A stretch of 41,029 nucleotides of DNA from Deltaproteobacteria bacterium (GTDB taxonomy: Bacteria > Desulfobacterota > Desulfomonilia > UBA1062): the NCBI GenBank assembly GCA_011372875.1, contig DSAD01000257.1:1-41029 (forward strand). Direction: 5' to 3'. Shown piece after piece: positions 39,810-41,029 of this stretch. Under the pieces are notes generated by a model. The model saw only the letters and a program-made list of their open reading frames with translations. It was not told the DNA's origin and ran no database searches. The position numbers and the translations under genes are program-made. Numbering within the stretch: position 1 is the stretch's first letter; each line of letters begins with the position of its first letter.

Positions 39810-41021
39810 CTACAGAAAGAAGTTGTTGTCCTCAACCACTTCGAGATTATCCACACTCTCACCCGAAGATATAAAACGTTCTATCCACCAGTTGACATGA
39901 TGGTAAAAACACACGACCACATTGCATTCCTGTCCGGCGTCGAAGTTCCTGATGGATTTATCAAGGGCGCCGTGGGTCTTATCGAACATATCGAGATTCT
40001 TATAGCCGTCACTGCCTGCTATCCTGCCCTTGGCAACACCACGGTATGCCGGACAGTGAAAGACCCCTGAAGGTGCAAGCACTGTTCGGAAAAACTGGCT
40101 GTGACACACATTCGGCTGCCTTTTGAGTTCATGAACCTTCCTGTCCATCATTGCATGAAGGTTGACACTCTCAAGTATTGCCACCTGAGCGTTGTGTTTT
40201 GCCTTGGCAAGGTTCTCCCGAATCCGCTGAATAATACTGTTTTCCCGCTCGGCATCCGTATCACTGAACAGAGACTCCTTTTTCGAACCGTCCAGCCTTA
40301 GGAGACAAGGCTTGAATGAGATATAATCGAAGTCATATTCTCCGGCAAGTTCCACTGCCTCGTTGATCTCTTCAATATTCGGACAGATCTCTTTTCCATT
40401 CATGAAAATCCCTTCCCAGACAATGACATATGAATATCCGAGAGATATCTTCGGATTATCCTGTTTGATCTGCCTGGCCTCGGTCAGTATCTTCTTCAAT
40501 GTCACATTTTTCCCGGGGAGGTGAGCCTTATAAAAGGTTTCTTCCCGGGCAGCATCGATCGACAGCCTCAGCCAGTCTCCCTCCTGCAGGAGATCTGCCA
40601 CCGCTGCAACCCGCTCGAGCCGGGAACCGTTCGTCACGATACCCACCTGAAGCGATCTGCCCCGGCAATAACGGACTACCTCTTCAAAGTCCGGGTGCAC
40701 GGTAGGTTCACCTCCACCGATAAGAATTACCGAGAGAAGGCCTTTTTGCACAAGGGTGTCGATACTGTGCCTGATGGTATCAAGATTCAGGGCCTCACCA
40801 GTATTTATGATCCCCGAATCCACACAGTGCGGGCAACTGAAGTTGCAAGCAGATGTAAGATCAAGGTTTATTGATACCGGTCCCATTGAAGGAAGACCTT
40901 CCATCCGATTGCATCCCCTGCGTCCTCTCTCCCAGAGGATATATTTCTTGAGATTTTCAATAACCGATCTCTGCCTGAGTTTTGCACTGAAATCATGCTC
41001 TTTGTCTTTGAGTTGTTCCAT
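39810..41021 (-). CDS. radical SAM enzyme with C-terminal Cys cluster
   Basis: CNFSCPHC, GGGEP, TNG, RLSIDA. C-terminal C...G.FHCP.YRG...C...C. Confidence 0.92.
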   Translation of the reverse strand: MEQLKDKEHDFSAKLRQRSVIENLKKYILWERGRRGCNRMEGLPSMGPVSINLDLTSACNFSCPHCVDSGIINTGEALNLDTIRHSIDTLVQKGLLSVILIGGGEPTVHPDFEEVVRYCRGRSLQVGIVTNGSRLERVAAVADLLQEGDWLRLSIDAAREETFYKAHLPGKNVTLKKILTEARQIKQDNPKISLGYSYVIVWEGIFMNGKEICPNIEEINEAVELAGEYDFDYISFKPCLLRLDGSKKESLFSDTDAERENSIIQRIRENLAKAKHNAQVAILESVNLHAMMDRKVHELKRQPNVCHSQFFRTVLAPSGVFHCPAYRGVAKGRIAGSDGYKNLDMFDKTHGALDKSIRNFDAGQECNVVVCFYHHVNWWIERFISSGESVDNLEVVEDNNFFL

Positions 41022-41029
41022 GCCTACCC

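Overview
Mostly core-genome sequence from a bacterium whose gene order and protein families point to Deltaproteobacteria/Desulfobacterota (inference from DUF1844-degP-ispE-spoVG-tRNA-Gln-prs, dnaE-accA, rpsA-sppA, hpt-zinc ribbon-ruvX-mltG). It holds about 37 intact CDSs, one tRNA-Gln(UUG), signalling genes (PAS hybrid kinase, response regulators, PilZ, HD-GYP) and the end of an LPS-core-type cluster. I see no transposase, integrase, phage gene, CRISPR array or recognisable defence system. The most notable observations are: (1) a fluoride (crcB) riboswitch with its own sigma70 promoter in front of a decayed dynamin-like GTPase gene instead of a fluoride exporter; (2) a hybrid kinase split by a frameshift that one extra CCGG repeat unit would repair; (3) several genes whose predicted promoter puts +1 at or near the ATG with no Shine-Dalgarno, suggesting leaderless mRNAs; (4) a perfect sigma54 promoter plus a palindrome upstream of an unknown protein and pilD; (5) a REC-SHOCT regulator coupled to a REC-HD-GYP enzyme; (6) a radical SAM enzyme and a tandem two-domain kinase among GT9 genes; (7) an uncalled 31-aa uORF and several short repeat elements. 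All calls come from reading motifs by eye and no database search was run. I cannot claim a definitely new system.
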